DNA of 64,000 nt from Brevundimonas sp. GTDB taxonomy: Bacteria; Pseudomonadota; Alphaproteobacteria; Caulobacterales; Caulobacteraceae. Every line of letters begins with the position of its first letter. The first letter of the stretch is position 1. Below are positions 22,635 to 33,274 of the stretch, in pieces. Made by a program: the position numbers and the translations under genes. The notes below the pieces were generated by a model. That model worked only from the letters and a program-made list of their open reading frames with translations, was not told the origin of the DNA and did not search any database. Where the stretch lies: NCBI RefSeq assembly GCF_047617075.1, contig NZ_JBLGCI010000015.1, forward strand, positions 882 through 64,881, written 5' to 3'.

Positions 22635-24038
22635 ATGCTGTTCCCCACCCTGGCCTTCGGGATCTTCTTCCTGTTCGTCTATTTCACCGCCTGGTCGCTG
22701 GATCGGGAGAACGGGCGGCGCAAGATCTTCCTGCTGCTGGCCAGCTGGTTCTTCTACGCCCAGTGGGACTGGCGCTTTGTCGGCCTCTTGATCGCCTCTG
22801 CCATTCTGAACTGGGGCGTGGCGGCCCTGATCGCGTCCAGCGACGACGCGGGCCGACGAAAATGGCTGGTGGCGCTGGGCGTGGCCATCAATCTGATCAT
22901 TCTGGGCGTTTTCAAATACTACGGCTTCTTCGTCGAACAGGCCATCGAGCTTCTGAACCAGTTCGGCTGGGAGCGGGACGCGCCGCTGCTGCAGATCGTC
23001 CTGCCCGTTGGCATCTCGTTCTTCACCTTCCAGGGCATCAGCTATGTGGTGGACGTGCACCGGGGCAAGACGCCCCCGGCGCGCTCGCTGGTGGACGTCA
23101 TGCTGCTGATGTCCTTCTTCCCCCATCTGGTGGCCGGGCCCATCGTGCGGGCTTCGGACCTGCTGCCCCAGTTCGACCGGGTGCCGCGCCTGACCCGCGA
23201 GATGGCGGCCCACGGCCTGCTGCTGATCGCCTGGGGGCTGTTCAAGAAGACGGTGATCGCGTCCGAGCTGGCCGTGCGGCTGGTGGACCCGGTGTTCTTC
23301 GACCCGTCGGCTTATGGCGCTTTGGACATCGCGGCGGCGACCTATGGCTATGCGGTGCAGATCTATTGCGACTTCTCGGCCTATTCGGACATGGCCATCG
23401 GGCTGGCGGCGCTGCTGGGTTATTCCTTCCCGCGCAATTTCGACCAGCCCTACCGCGCCCATTCCATGCAGCAGTTCTGGCGGCGCTGGCACATCAGCCT
23501 GTCCAGCTGGCTCAGGGACTATCTGTACGTGCCGCTGGGGGGCGGGCGTAAGGGTCTGGTGTCGTCGTGCATCAACATCATGATCACCATGCTGTTGGGC
23601 GGGCTGTGGCACGGGGCGGCCTGGACCTTCATCGCCTGGGGCGCCCTGCACGGCGCGGTGCAGGCGGTGGAGCGGGTCTGGCGTCACTTCCGGGACGGCA
23701 AGGCGGGCTTGCCGCACTGGCTGGGCGTCATCGTCACCTTTCACATCGTCTGCTTGGGCTGGATCCTGTTCCGCGCCGAGAGCTTCGACCTGGCCATGCA
23801 GATGCTGGAAGGCCTGACCCGCATGGCGCCGATCATGGTGCTGACGCCCTTCCTGCTGGCGCTGATCGTGGGGGGCGTCGCCATGCACTGGCTGCCGCCC
23901 CGGGCGGTCGAAGGACTGGCCGTGCGGGTCAAGGATGCCCCGGCCATCACCATGGGCGTGCTGGTGGGGATCATGATCCTGCTGGTGGAGGCCGTGCGTC
24001 CCGAGGGCGTGGCGCCCTTCATCTATTTCCAGTTCTAG
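22635..24038 (+). CDS. MBOAT O-acyltransferase (PatA/AlgI family)
   Basis: LPVGISFFTFQGISY, FFPHLVAGPI, QIYCDFSAYSDMA, FWRRWHISLSSWLRDYLY, GLWHGA, C-terminal FIYFQF. Confidence 0.92.
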   Translation: MLFPTLAFGIFFLFVYFTAWSLDRENGRRKIFLLLASWFFYAQWDWRFVGLLIASAILNWGVAALIASSDDAGRRKWLVALGVAINLIILGVFKYYGFFVEQAIELLNQFGWERDAPLLQIVLPVGISFFTFQGISYVVDVHRGKTPPARSLVDVMLLMSFFPHLVAGPIVRASDLLPQFDRVPRLTREMAAHGLLLIAWGLFKKTVIASELAVRLVDPVFFDPSAYGALDIAAATYGYAVQIYCDFSAYSDMAIGLAALLGYSFPRNFDQPYRAHSMQQFWRRWHISLSSWLRDYLYVPLGGGRKGLVSSCINIMITMLLGGLWHGAAWTFIAWGALHGAVQAVERVWRHFRDGKAGLPHWLGVIVTFHIVCLGWILFRAESFDLAMQMLEGLTRMAPIMVLTPFLLALIVGGVAMHWLPPRAVEGLAVRVKDAPAITMGVLVGIMILLVEAVRPEGVAPFIYFQF

Positions 24039-24053
24039 GCGTTGGCATAACCG

Positions 24054-24578
24054 ATGGACCCGAACGAGCCGAAAGACCCCGACGAGCCCGCGCCCTTCCC
24101 GGCCGGCGAGCATGACCCCTTTCCGCCGCGCGGTCAGGAATTGGCGGCGGAGGACCCGACGCCCGCGCCCGCGCCCGAGGTGGCGCCGGACGAACGCAAC
24201 GACTGGATTCAGTCCGCTGACGCCCACGACCTGCCCACGCGTGAGCCGCGCCTGAAGACGCTGGGCCGGTACGCTTTCCCGCCGGAACCACCGCTGGACG
24301 AGGAGGGCGAGGCCGCCCGCGACCGGCGCTGGACCAGCCGCACCCTCGTCTTCGCGGGGCTGTTTTTGCTGATCTTCAACAGCGTCTCGATCCAGTCCTG
24401 GGCCCGCCAGCAGGAGCCGGGCTGGATCCCGTCTACGGTCCAGCAACTGGCCGACGTCTGGACCGCCCAGATCAGCCAGCTGGGCGCCGATCAGCCCCGC
24501 CAGGGTGTCCGCGAGGTTTATGAAACCGCCCGCGACCAGCGCTTCATCGGTCAGGAAGACGCGCCGCCGCCGACGTGA
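24054..24578 (+). CDS. Hypothetical single-TM protein with Pro/acidic N-terminus
   Basis: 15 nt after the MBOAT gene, same strand; TM segment TLVFAGLFLLIFNSVSI. Confidence 0.65.
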   Translation: MDPNEPKDPDEPAPFPAGEHDPFPPRGQELAAEDPTPAPAPEVAPDERNDWIQSADAHDLPTREPRLKTLGRYAFPPEPPLDEEGEAARDRRWTSRTLVFAGLFLLIFNSVSIQSWARQQEPGWIPSTVQQLADVWTAQISQLGADQPRQGVREVYETARDQRFIGQEDAPPPT

Positions 24579-24634
24579 GCGCCGGGCGTATGCGGCCTCC
24601 GGAACCGCCGCGCTTGTCCGTCGTTTCGACGCAC

Positions 24635-25195
24635 ATGAAACCCTTGTTCGCCCTGACCGCCATCGCCGCCTGCGCCCTTTTGCTCGGCGCCTGCGCCACC
24701 CTCCAGACAGGGCCCGTGGGCAATCCGGCCGTTCCGGAACCGGCGCAGTCCGTCGACCTGAACGCCTATCTGGGCCGCTGGTACGAGATCGGTCGCTATG
24801 AGGCCGGGTTCCAGCGCGGCTGCGAGGGCGTCACCGCTGACTACAGCCTGCGCGAGGATGGACTGATCGGCGTGGTCAACACCTGTCGTCAGGACAGTCT
24901 GGACGGGGAGGTCAGGTCCGTCACGGGCAAGGCGAAGGTGGTCGACGGCAGCGGAAACGCCAAGCTCAAGGTGTCGTTCTTCGGTCCTTTCTATTTCGGC
25001 AATTACTGGATCCTGGATCATGCCGAGGACTATTCGTGGTCCATCGTGGGCGAGGGCTCGGGCCGCTATCTCTGGCTGCTCAGCCGCACGCCCCAGCCGT
25101 CGGAGCAGGTGCGCGACCAGATCATGACCCGCGCCCGGGAGCTGGGCTATGACCTGTCGATCCTGCGGCCCACCCAACAGCCTTCCGACGGCTGA
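24635..25195 (+). CDS. blc: Bacterial lipocalin (Blc-like lipoprotein)
   Basis: Lipobox LLGAC, YLGRWYEIGR (GxWY), AKLKVSFFGPF, YWIL, YLWLLSRTP. Confidence 0.88.
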   Translation: MKPLFALTAIAACALLLGACATLQTGPVGNPAVPEPAQSVDLNAYLGRWYEIGRYEAGFQRGCEGVTADYSLREDGLIGVVNTCRQDSLDGEVRSVTGKAKVVDGSGNAKLKVSFFGPFYFGNYWILDHAEDYSWSIVGEGSGRYLWLLSRTPQPSEQVRDQIMTRARELGYDLSILRPTQQPSDG

Positions 25196-25296
25196 CCGGG
25201 GCACGCCGGGGCATTGCGAAGACAACCCCGCTGCGTGCTTGACCTCGGGCCTCGCCGCTCTAGCTTGGCGGCCTCATCGGTTCGGGAGTTCTCCAC

Positions 25297-27756
<2,460 letters not shown>

Positions 27757-27854
27757 AGCCAGACCGGCGCCCGACTTCGTTGCGAGCGGGTTCGGGCGTC
27801 GGCGCACCCTGTGCTAGGTGTTAACCTCTTTCACGAGACGACAGGGGGCTCTCG

Positions 27855-28562
27855 ATGCTGGGGATCATCAATCTCGTCCGCCGCACGGTGGAGGGCTCGA
27901 TCATTTCTTTCGTGGTGATCGCCGTGGTGGCGATCTTCGGTCTCTCTGCCACGGTCAATGCACTGCTGGCCGAGGTCACCGTGGCGTCCATGGCCTTTCT
28001 GGTCGTGATCGCCGTTGTGCTGGCGGACCTGATCGGACGGTTCATCGCCATCCTGAGCCTGACCTTTCCGGACCTGATCCCCGACGTTGGGGAAGGTGAG
28101 CGGAAGCGCGCCTCCCTGATCCAGCGCCTGCGGCCGGGGCAGACCATGGCCCTGTTGTCCGGGGCCTATGCGGCGCGCCTGGTGTTGTTCCTCGTTATCT
28201 TCGCCCTGATGGGCGTCAGCTATGCCCTTGCGCCCGCGCCGGCGCAGCAAACCCTGTTCGGCGATCTGGGCGTGCTGGAGGCGGTCGAGACTTTCCTGCG
28301 CGAGGGGATCGCCGGTTCCGTCGGCTATTTCCTGTTCTTCCTCGGCCCCCGGGACCTGCAGGCGATCACCGGCCTCATCGTTGCGGAGCCGCTGGCGCCG
28401 TCCACCGTCAACGGCGACATCTTTCTGGTGGGCATCCGGCTTTACGGGCTGGCGTTCGCCCTGTCCGTCCTGCGGACCCTGGCGACCCCGATTATCTATC
28501 TGCGCGCCCGGCGCCGCGCCGCCAACCTTCCGACCGCTGCGGAACCGTCACCGGCAGCCTGA
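27855..28562 (+). CDS. Hypothetical multi-pass membrane protein
   Basis: 235-aa ORF with 5-6 hydrophobic segments and host-like codon usage. Confidence 0.65.
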   Translation: MLGIINLVRRTVEGSIISFVVIAVVAIFGLSATVNALLAEVTVASMAFLVVIAVVLADLIGRFIAILSLTFPDLIPDVGEGERKRASLIQRLRPGQTMALLSGAYAARLVLFLVIFALMGVSYALAPAPAQQTLFGDLGVLEAVETFLREGIAGSVGYFLFFLGPRDLQAITGLIVAEPLAPSTVNGDIFLVGIRLYGLAFALSVLRTLATPIIYLRARRRAANLPTAAEPSPAA

Positions 28563-28619
28563 GCCTCGCTCCCAAGGGGCAGGGCGCCTGGCTGTCTGTC
28601 GCTGGAAGAAGAAAGCGAA

Positions 28620-28664
28620 TGGTGGGTGATCACGGGCTCGAACCGTGGACCCGCTGATTAAGAG
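28620..28664 (-). mobile_element. att site: displaced 3' half of tRNA-Lys(CTT)
   Basis: Minus strand CTCTTAA TCAGC GGGTC CACGG TTCGAGC CCGTG ATCACCC A CCA = anticodon loop through CCA; upstream bases do not rebuild the anticodon stem or D-arm. Confidence 0.85.
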
Positions 28665-28810
28665 AGGTCGTTCCCGACCTTTCCGAATGCCGCCGAACAC
28701 CCGCCAGAGCGCGACACAAGCCATTGGCCTAATTGACTTTTATGGTAGCCGTGCGCAACTCGTCGTAGTTTTTCGCAGGCGCCCGATACAGACTCGGCGA
28801 GAGAAGTTCA

Positions 28811-28854
28811 CCGTTCTAACGCCGTTCTAAACGCCCTCGAAAACGCCGTTCTAA
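28811..28854 (+). repeat. Three direct repeats of CCGTTCTAA (putative integrase arm-type sites)
   Basis: Copies at 28811, 28822 and 28846, between the att core and the integrase start. Confidence 0.65.
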
Positions 28855-28873
28855 TGGCCTTCGAGTTAGCAAC

Positions 28874-30328
28874 ATGCCCGACCTCAGACTGCCGCTCACG
28901 GACAAGAACCTGATCGGTCTTCCGTTCGCCCAAGCCGGTCAGTATCGCGCCCGCGACACCGATCTCGGCGGCTTCTTCGTCCTCATCGGAAGCCGCACCA
29001 AGAGCTTCATGATCCAGGCCGATCTGCGCGCAGACGGCCAGCGGAAAAGCATCCGGATGAAGGTGGCGGAGGTCGGCGAGCTGTCCGCCCGGGACGCGCG
29101 CGCCAAGGCCAAGACGCTGCTCGGTCGCATCGCGGACGGCGACGACCCGCGGCCCGCGCCGCCCGAACCGCCGGCCCCGCCGGACGCGTCAGCGGCGATA
29201 CCGACGCTGCGGGAGGCCTGGACGCGGTTCCGGGTTTCCCATCTGGAGCGGAAAGGACGGAGCAAGGCGACCCTCCGGCTCTACAAGGACCACATGGAGC
29301 GGCTGTTCGCCGACTGGCTGGACTGGCCTCTGTCCAAGATCGGAGACGAGCCGCGGCTGTTGGCGGATCGCCATGACAGAATCTCGGCCGACAACGGACC
29401 TTCGATCGCCAACGGCGCCATGCGCAGCTTCCGGGCCGTCTACAACCACGCCAGAAAAACCTGCCGTGCGCTGCCGCCCGAGAACCCCGCCCTGGCGATC
29501 GACTGGAATCCCGAGAAGCGCAAGGACACGGCCATGGGCGTGGCGGACCTGCCGGCCTGGTTCGAGCAACTCGCCGCCGTGCCCAATCCGATCCGGCGCG
29601 AATACCACCTCCTGATGCTGCTCTGCGGGTCGCGGCCCGAAGCGCTGAAATGCGTCCGCATCGAAGACCTGAATCTGCGCGAGCGGGTGATGCATATCCG
29701 CGCGCCCAAGGGCGGGACGGCCAAGGCTTTCGACATCCCGCTGTCCCGCGCGATGATGGAATCCATTTTCCGCCTGCGCCGCATCGGCCCCGTCATCTAT
29801 CCGCAGAGCGGATGCGTCTGGCTGTTCCCGAGCGACAGCCCGAGCGGTCACATGGAAGAGCACAAGGAGAAGCGGACGGTCCTCAGCCACTGGGGCAACG
29901 ACCTGCGCCAGACCTACCGCACGCTGGGCCAGGCCGCGGAGATTTCCGAGGTGGACATGCATCTCCTGATGAACCACGCGCTGCCCGGCGTGAATCCGGG
30001 CTATATCACCCGGTCGAAGCTGATGCGGGACCATCTGAGGAGCGCGCAGGACAAGCTGTCGGTGTTCGTCTTGAGCGGCGTCGTCGGGCGGGGGAGGCGG
30101 CCATCGGCGGACCTGTCCCGGTGGTTGAACAGCACGAGCCGGACGCTGCTGGACGACCTAATGGCGATCGATCCTGACGTGGCGCGCCTAAAGGCGGGGC
30201 CGAGGGCCGCTTTGCGCAGACTCGAGGTGCAGGCAGCCCGCCTCGCCACGCACAACCTCCCCGGCGTCCTGATAGATCCGCCGAGCCGGCGGCTTCGATC
30301 AGAGGCAAGGCGAACTCGCGTCGTATAG
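28874..30328 (+). CDS. int: Tyrosine recombinase/integrase with N-terminal arm-binding domain
   Basis: RDTDLGGFFVL arm-domain pattern; GSRPE (R), PKGG (K), NDLR, LMNH, GYI (Y). Confidence 0.9.
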   Translation: MPDLRLPLTDKNLIGLPFAQAGQYRARDTDLGGFFVLIGSRTKSFMIQADLRADGQRKSIRMKVAEVGELSARDARAKAKTLLGRIADGDDPRPAPPEPPAPPDASAAIPTLREAWTRFRVSHLERKGRSKATLRLYKDHMERLFADWLDWPLSKIGDEPRLLADRHDRISADNGPSIANGAMRSFRAVYNHARKTCRALPPENPALAIDWNPEKRKDTAMGVADLPAWFEQLAAVPNPIRREYHLLMLLCGSRPEALKCVRIEDLNLRERVMHIRAPKGGTAKAFDIPLSRAMMESIFRLRRIGPVIYPQSGCVWLFPSDSPSGHMEEHKEKRTVLSHWGNDLRQTYRTLGQAAEISEVDMHLLMNHALPGVNPGYITRSKLMRDHLRSAQDKLSVFVLSGVVGRGRRPSADLSRWLNSTSRTLLDDLMAIDPDVARLKAGPRAALRRLEVQAARLATHNLPGVLIDPPSRRLRSEARRTRVV

Positions 30329-30426
30329 GTTTCGAGTAGAGAGCGCCGCGGCAGGGGAACGGCGTGCGCGCGCGACTGTGCTGAATTTTCGCGCGGTGAC
30401 GCGCAGCTGCAAGCTAGAGTGAGAGC

Positions 30427-31032
30427 ATGAGAAGCGGAGCCATTCCTTTCCAATTCGACGTGTCGCAGTTCATCGCCCGAGCGAAGCGCATGGCGAGCAA
30501 TCACGTCGGCGACGTGACGCTCAACCTCCCGTTCGTCAGCGTCGCCGTCAGTCCCAGGGATCGGGAAAAGGCGGCAGCGCGCGAGATCGTCATCCGGCTG
30601 CGGGATCGTCGCGTCCTGAGCAGCCACGAATGCTGCGACAACTGCATCGACGCCTCTCTGGCCTCCCTTCAGGAAATCCGCGCCATTCTGGTCGACCAAC
30701 AGGTGGCGCTTTCTGATTTCCAGGACGGACCGTTGTTCCTGATGATCGATATGATCCGGCAGGGAATCCGCCAGTTCGTCACCTATGAGGAGCGGCTAAG
30801 GGCGGCCGGCGACGACCCGACCCCAGGGCTTCCAAGCGATTTCAGGCGGGATCCCCAAGTGCGCCAGGACTATTTTGATGCGCTGGAACTGTTGCGCGCC
30901 CATGTCAGTCACTGCCTCCACGAAATCCGCACGATCGCAGACATGGACGAGCAGGTGGCAGCCCTGGAGTACGCGGGCCCGTGGCTACTCCAGTCCTATG
31001 TCGCCCCCGCGCTTGCCCCGCCGCGAGCATGA
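30427..31032 (+). CDS. Hypothetical protein (LRDRRVL..ECCDNC; distantly DUF6650-like)
   Basis: 201-aa ORF; ATGA overlap with the next ORF. Confidence 0.65.
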   Translation: MRSGAIPFQFDVSQFIARAKRMASNHVGDVTLNLPFVSVAVSPRDREKAAAREIVIRLRDRRVLSSHECCDNCIDASLASLQEIRAILVDQQVALSDFQDGPLFLMIDMIRQGIRQFVTYEERLRAAGDDPTPGLPSDFRRDPQVRQDYFDALELLRAHVSHCLHEIRTIADMDEQVAALEYAGPWLLQSYVAPALAPPRA

Positions 31033-31469
31033 CCATCCTTCTAACGGAGCAGGACGTCACCTACTTCGACGCGCTCAAGCGGCGTCGCTCCGAGGCTCAG
31101 AGCCCCGGGCGCCCGGTGGTCGTCTTTAGAGACGGAACCTCGCCTCGACGAAACGACTGCCATTCAAACGCGGCTCGGTGGGCGTCGGAAGATCACCATA
31201 CGGTCCCCGTCCATGGGTGGTTGATCGAAGCAGACGACGGCTATCATCTCCGCTTGGCCGCGCACTCGCTTCTCAAGGACAAGAAGGGGGGGCTGCTCGA
31301 TATCACGCCGATGGACCCTTTCAGTCCGCTGTTCCTTGCCCATGACGGACCGGCTGAAACCTTCTTCGCTCTACTGCCTCGCTTCAACACAATCACCTGG
31401 CCGCCCTCGGAGACGATGGCGCAACTGCCCGCGGCCGACCCCGATGCGAGTCGGGGTCCCGATTTCTGA
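31029..31469 (+). CDS. Hypothetical protein with papain/transglutaminase-like Cys-His-Asp pattern
   Basis: NDCHSN, VHGWLI, AHS, LLDITP; ATG at 31029 coupled to the upstream stop. Confidence 0.6.
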   Translation: MTILLTEQDVTYFDALKRRRSEAQSPGRPVVVFRDGTSPRRNDCHSNAARWASEDHHTVPVHGWLIEADDGYHLRLAAHSLLKDKKGGLLDITPMDPFSPLFLAHDGPAETFFALLPRFNTITWPPSETMAQLPAADPDASRGPDF

Positions 31470-31479
31470 CCGCGAGATC

Positions 31480-31573
31480 TGTTGGCGCCGCCAGCCGCGC
31501 GTCGCTTGCGCTTGAGGATGTCCCGACCGCTCGACCAATAGAGCAGCATCATTTGGTTGACAGCGACCGTCCT
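31480..31573 (-). pseudogene. N-terminal remnant of a DUF1016/YhcG-like gene
   Basis: Translates AVNQMMLLYWSSGRDILKRKRR, resembling the family's VN.ELV.LYW.IGRDIL segment; similarity lost afterwards. Confidence 0.45.
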
Positions 31574-31594
31574 TTCGCGGGGATGGCGTTCCGC

Positions 31595-32065
31595 TCAGGC
31601 CCGCGGGTGTGCGACTGAAGAAGTCCGGTCGTGCCCCGCCGTGCACAGATCATGATCGTGCAACACCTCGATCACCTTGCACGCCGACACCCGACCGCCG
31701 GCGCATTCAGCGGTCATGCGCGTCAACTCCGTGCGCAACGCCTGGAGTTGAGCGATCTTCTCGCTGACGTTCACAAGGTGCCGTTCCGCAATGGTGCTGG
31801 CCTCGTCGCAGGACCGGTCCGGATGATCCGAAAGATCGAGCAGGGACCGGATGGCGTCCAGATCGAACCCCAGCTGGCGCGCATGGCGGATGAACGACAG
31901 CCGCCGCAGGGCGGCGTCGTCATAAAGTCGGCGGTCGCTCGCGGTCCGCGGCGGCTCGGGCAGCAGACCGATCTGTTCATAGAACCGGATCGTCGGAATC
32001 TTGACGCCCGTGGCGACCGACAGCTTGCCGATCGACATTGGGCGTGAGGCGTAGGAACTGGTCAT
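31595..32065 (-). CDS. MerR-family regulator, CadR/PbrR/ZntR-like
   Basis: SIGKLS..TIRFYEQIGLL HTH, RRLSFIRHARQLGF, Cys in RSCD and CAGGRVSAC, His-containing tail. Confidence 0.9.
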   Translation of the reverse strand: MTSSYASRPMSIGKLSVATGVKIPTIRFYEQIGLLPEPPRTASDRRLYDDAALRRLSFIRHARQLGFDLDAIRSLLDLSDHPDRSCDEASTIAERHLVNVSEKIAQLQALRTELTRMTAECAGGRVSACKVIEVLHDHDLCTAGHDRTSSVAHPRA

Positions 32066-32082
32066 GGTCGAAAAATAGGGTG

Positions 32083-32113
32083 TTGATCCTCTAGCGGCTA
32101 GAGCATCTATACC
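32083..32113 (+). promoter_or_regulatory. MerR-type promoter/operator 1
   Basis: -35 TTGATC, dyad CTCTAG-CGG-CTAGAG, 19-bp spacer, -10 TATACC. Confidence 0.85.
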
Positions 32114-32140
32114 GTTCTCGCATCATGTGCGGAGAGCGGC

Positions 32141-32794
32141 ATGGCCGAAACGACACCGGGCGATACGTCCGTCGCCAGCGACGGCTGCGGTTGCACCGTA
32201 GCCGTCAAGTTCGACGGGGCCACGCCGGCCTACCGCCGCGTCCTGCTCACCGTGATCGCCATCAACTTCATCGCCTTCATGGCGCTTGTTGGCGGAGCTT
32301 GGGTTCAGGGCTCGGCCTCGCTGGCCGCCAACTCGCTCGACTTCCTCGCGGACAGCGCCACCTACGCCATCAGTCTCTGGGCGATCGGCAAGGCCGTGCG
32401 GGTGCGAGCGGGCGCGGCGCTCCTGAAGGGCGCCAGCCTCGGCCTCCTGGCCGTCGGCATCCTGGTCTTCGCCGTCTGGCGGGCGGTCTCCGGCGCGCCG
32501 CCGGAGGGCGAGGTGATCACGGGCCTGGGGCTGTTCGGGTTCGTCGCGAACGCCGTCGCCGCCGTGCTGCTCGTGCGCTATCGAGAGGGCGACGCCAACG
32601 TCAGGTCGGTCTGGCTATGCACTCGCAACGACCTGATCGAAAGTCTGGCCGTCGCAGGGGCGGGCCTCCTTGTGTGGCTGACCGGCTCGCGATGGCCCGA
32701 TCTGGCCGCGGGTGTGATCCTCGCCGGCGTCTTCCTTCAGTCAGCTTGGTCGATCGTGCGCCAGTCACGGCAAGAACTGACAGACGACCGATGA
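32141..32794 (+). CDS. Cation diffusion facilitator lacking the cytoplasmic C-terminal domain
   Basis: SLAANSLDFLADS, DANVRSVWLCTRND, WPDL; CxC N-terminus. Confidence 0.85.
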   Translation: MAETTPGDTSVASDGCGCTVAVKFDGATPAYRRVLLTVIAINFIAFMALVGGAWVQGSASLAANSLDFLADSATYAISLWAIGKAVRVRAGAALLKGASLGLLAVGILVFAVWRAVSGAPPEGEVITGLGLFGFVANAVAAVLLVRYREGDANVRSVWLCTRNDLIESLAVAGAGLLVWLTGSRWPDLAAGVILAGVFLQSAWSIVRQSRQELTDDR

Positions 32795-32871
32795 GCGATC
32801 CGCGCCGCCCCGGGACCCGGCTTGCGACCATCGGGCGATTGCCGGCGCGGCGGCCCGTGCTATGGGGGCGC

Positions 32872-33222
32872 ATGGGACTCGCCTCGTTCAGGCATGGGCT
32901 GATGGCGACGCTTCTGGCGGCGTTCGTGGGCCTTTTTGTCCTGACCTCCGTCGTCGACGCCGCCGCCTGCACGCCTAAGGCGGCCGGTTCCCATGCCGCG
33001 CAAACCGTCGTCGGCGAACCGTCCGACACCGATTCAGGCGCCGGACGGGACCAGGACGCGATCTGCGCGCATGGCCACTGTCAATATGGCGGCGTCCCCG
33101 CCGTGGACGCCCCCGACATGACCGCCGGCCCGACGCCTCGTCGCGAACCGCGACGCCTGGCGGCCGAGCAGCCGCTGCGCTCATGCGCGCCGGCCGGGCT
33201 GGATCGCCCCCCCCAAGCCTGA
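32872..33222 (+). CDS. Small exported Cys/His protein preceding the efflux operon (CzcI/DUF2946-like)
   Basis: Signal/TM segment, CAHGHC, C-terminal LDRPP; ATG at 32872. Confidence 0.65.
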   Translation: MGLASFRHGLMATLLAAFVGLFVLTSVVDAAACTPKAAGSHAAQTVVGEPSDTDSGAGRDQDAICAHGHCQYGGVPAVDAPDMTAGPTPRREPRRLAAEQPLRSCAPAGLDRPPQA

Positions 33223-33274
33223 CGGGATCGCGCGCGACCGCGCCCTTCCACGTCAACCACTCGGGATACAGCCC

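Noticed and set aside
28620-28664. Functional tRNA-Lys gene
   Set aside because: The 5' half (acceptor 5' strand, D-arm, 5' anticodon stem) is missing; interpreted as an att fragment.
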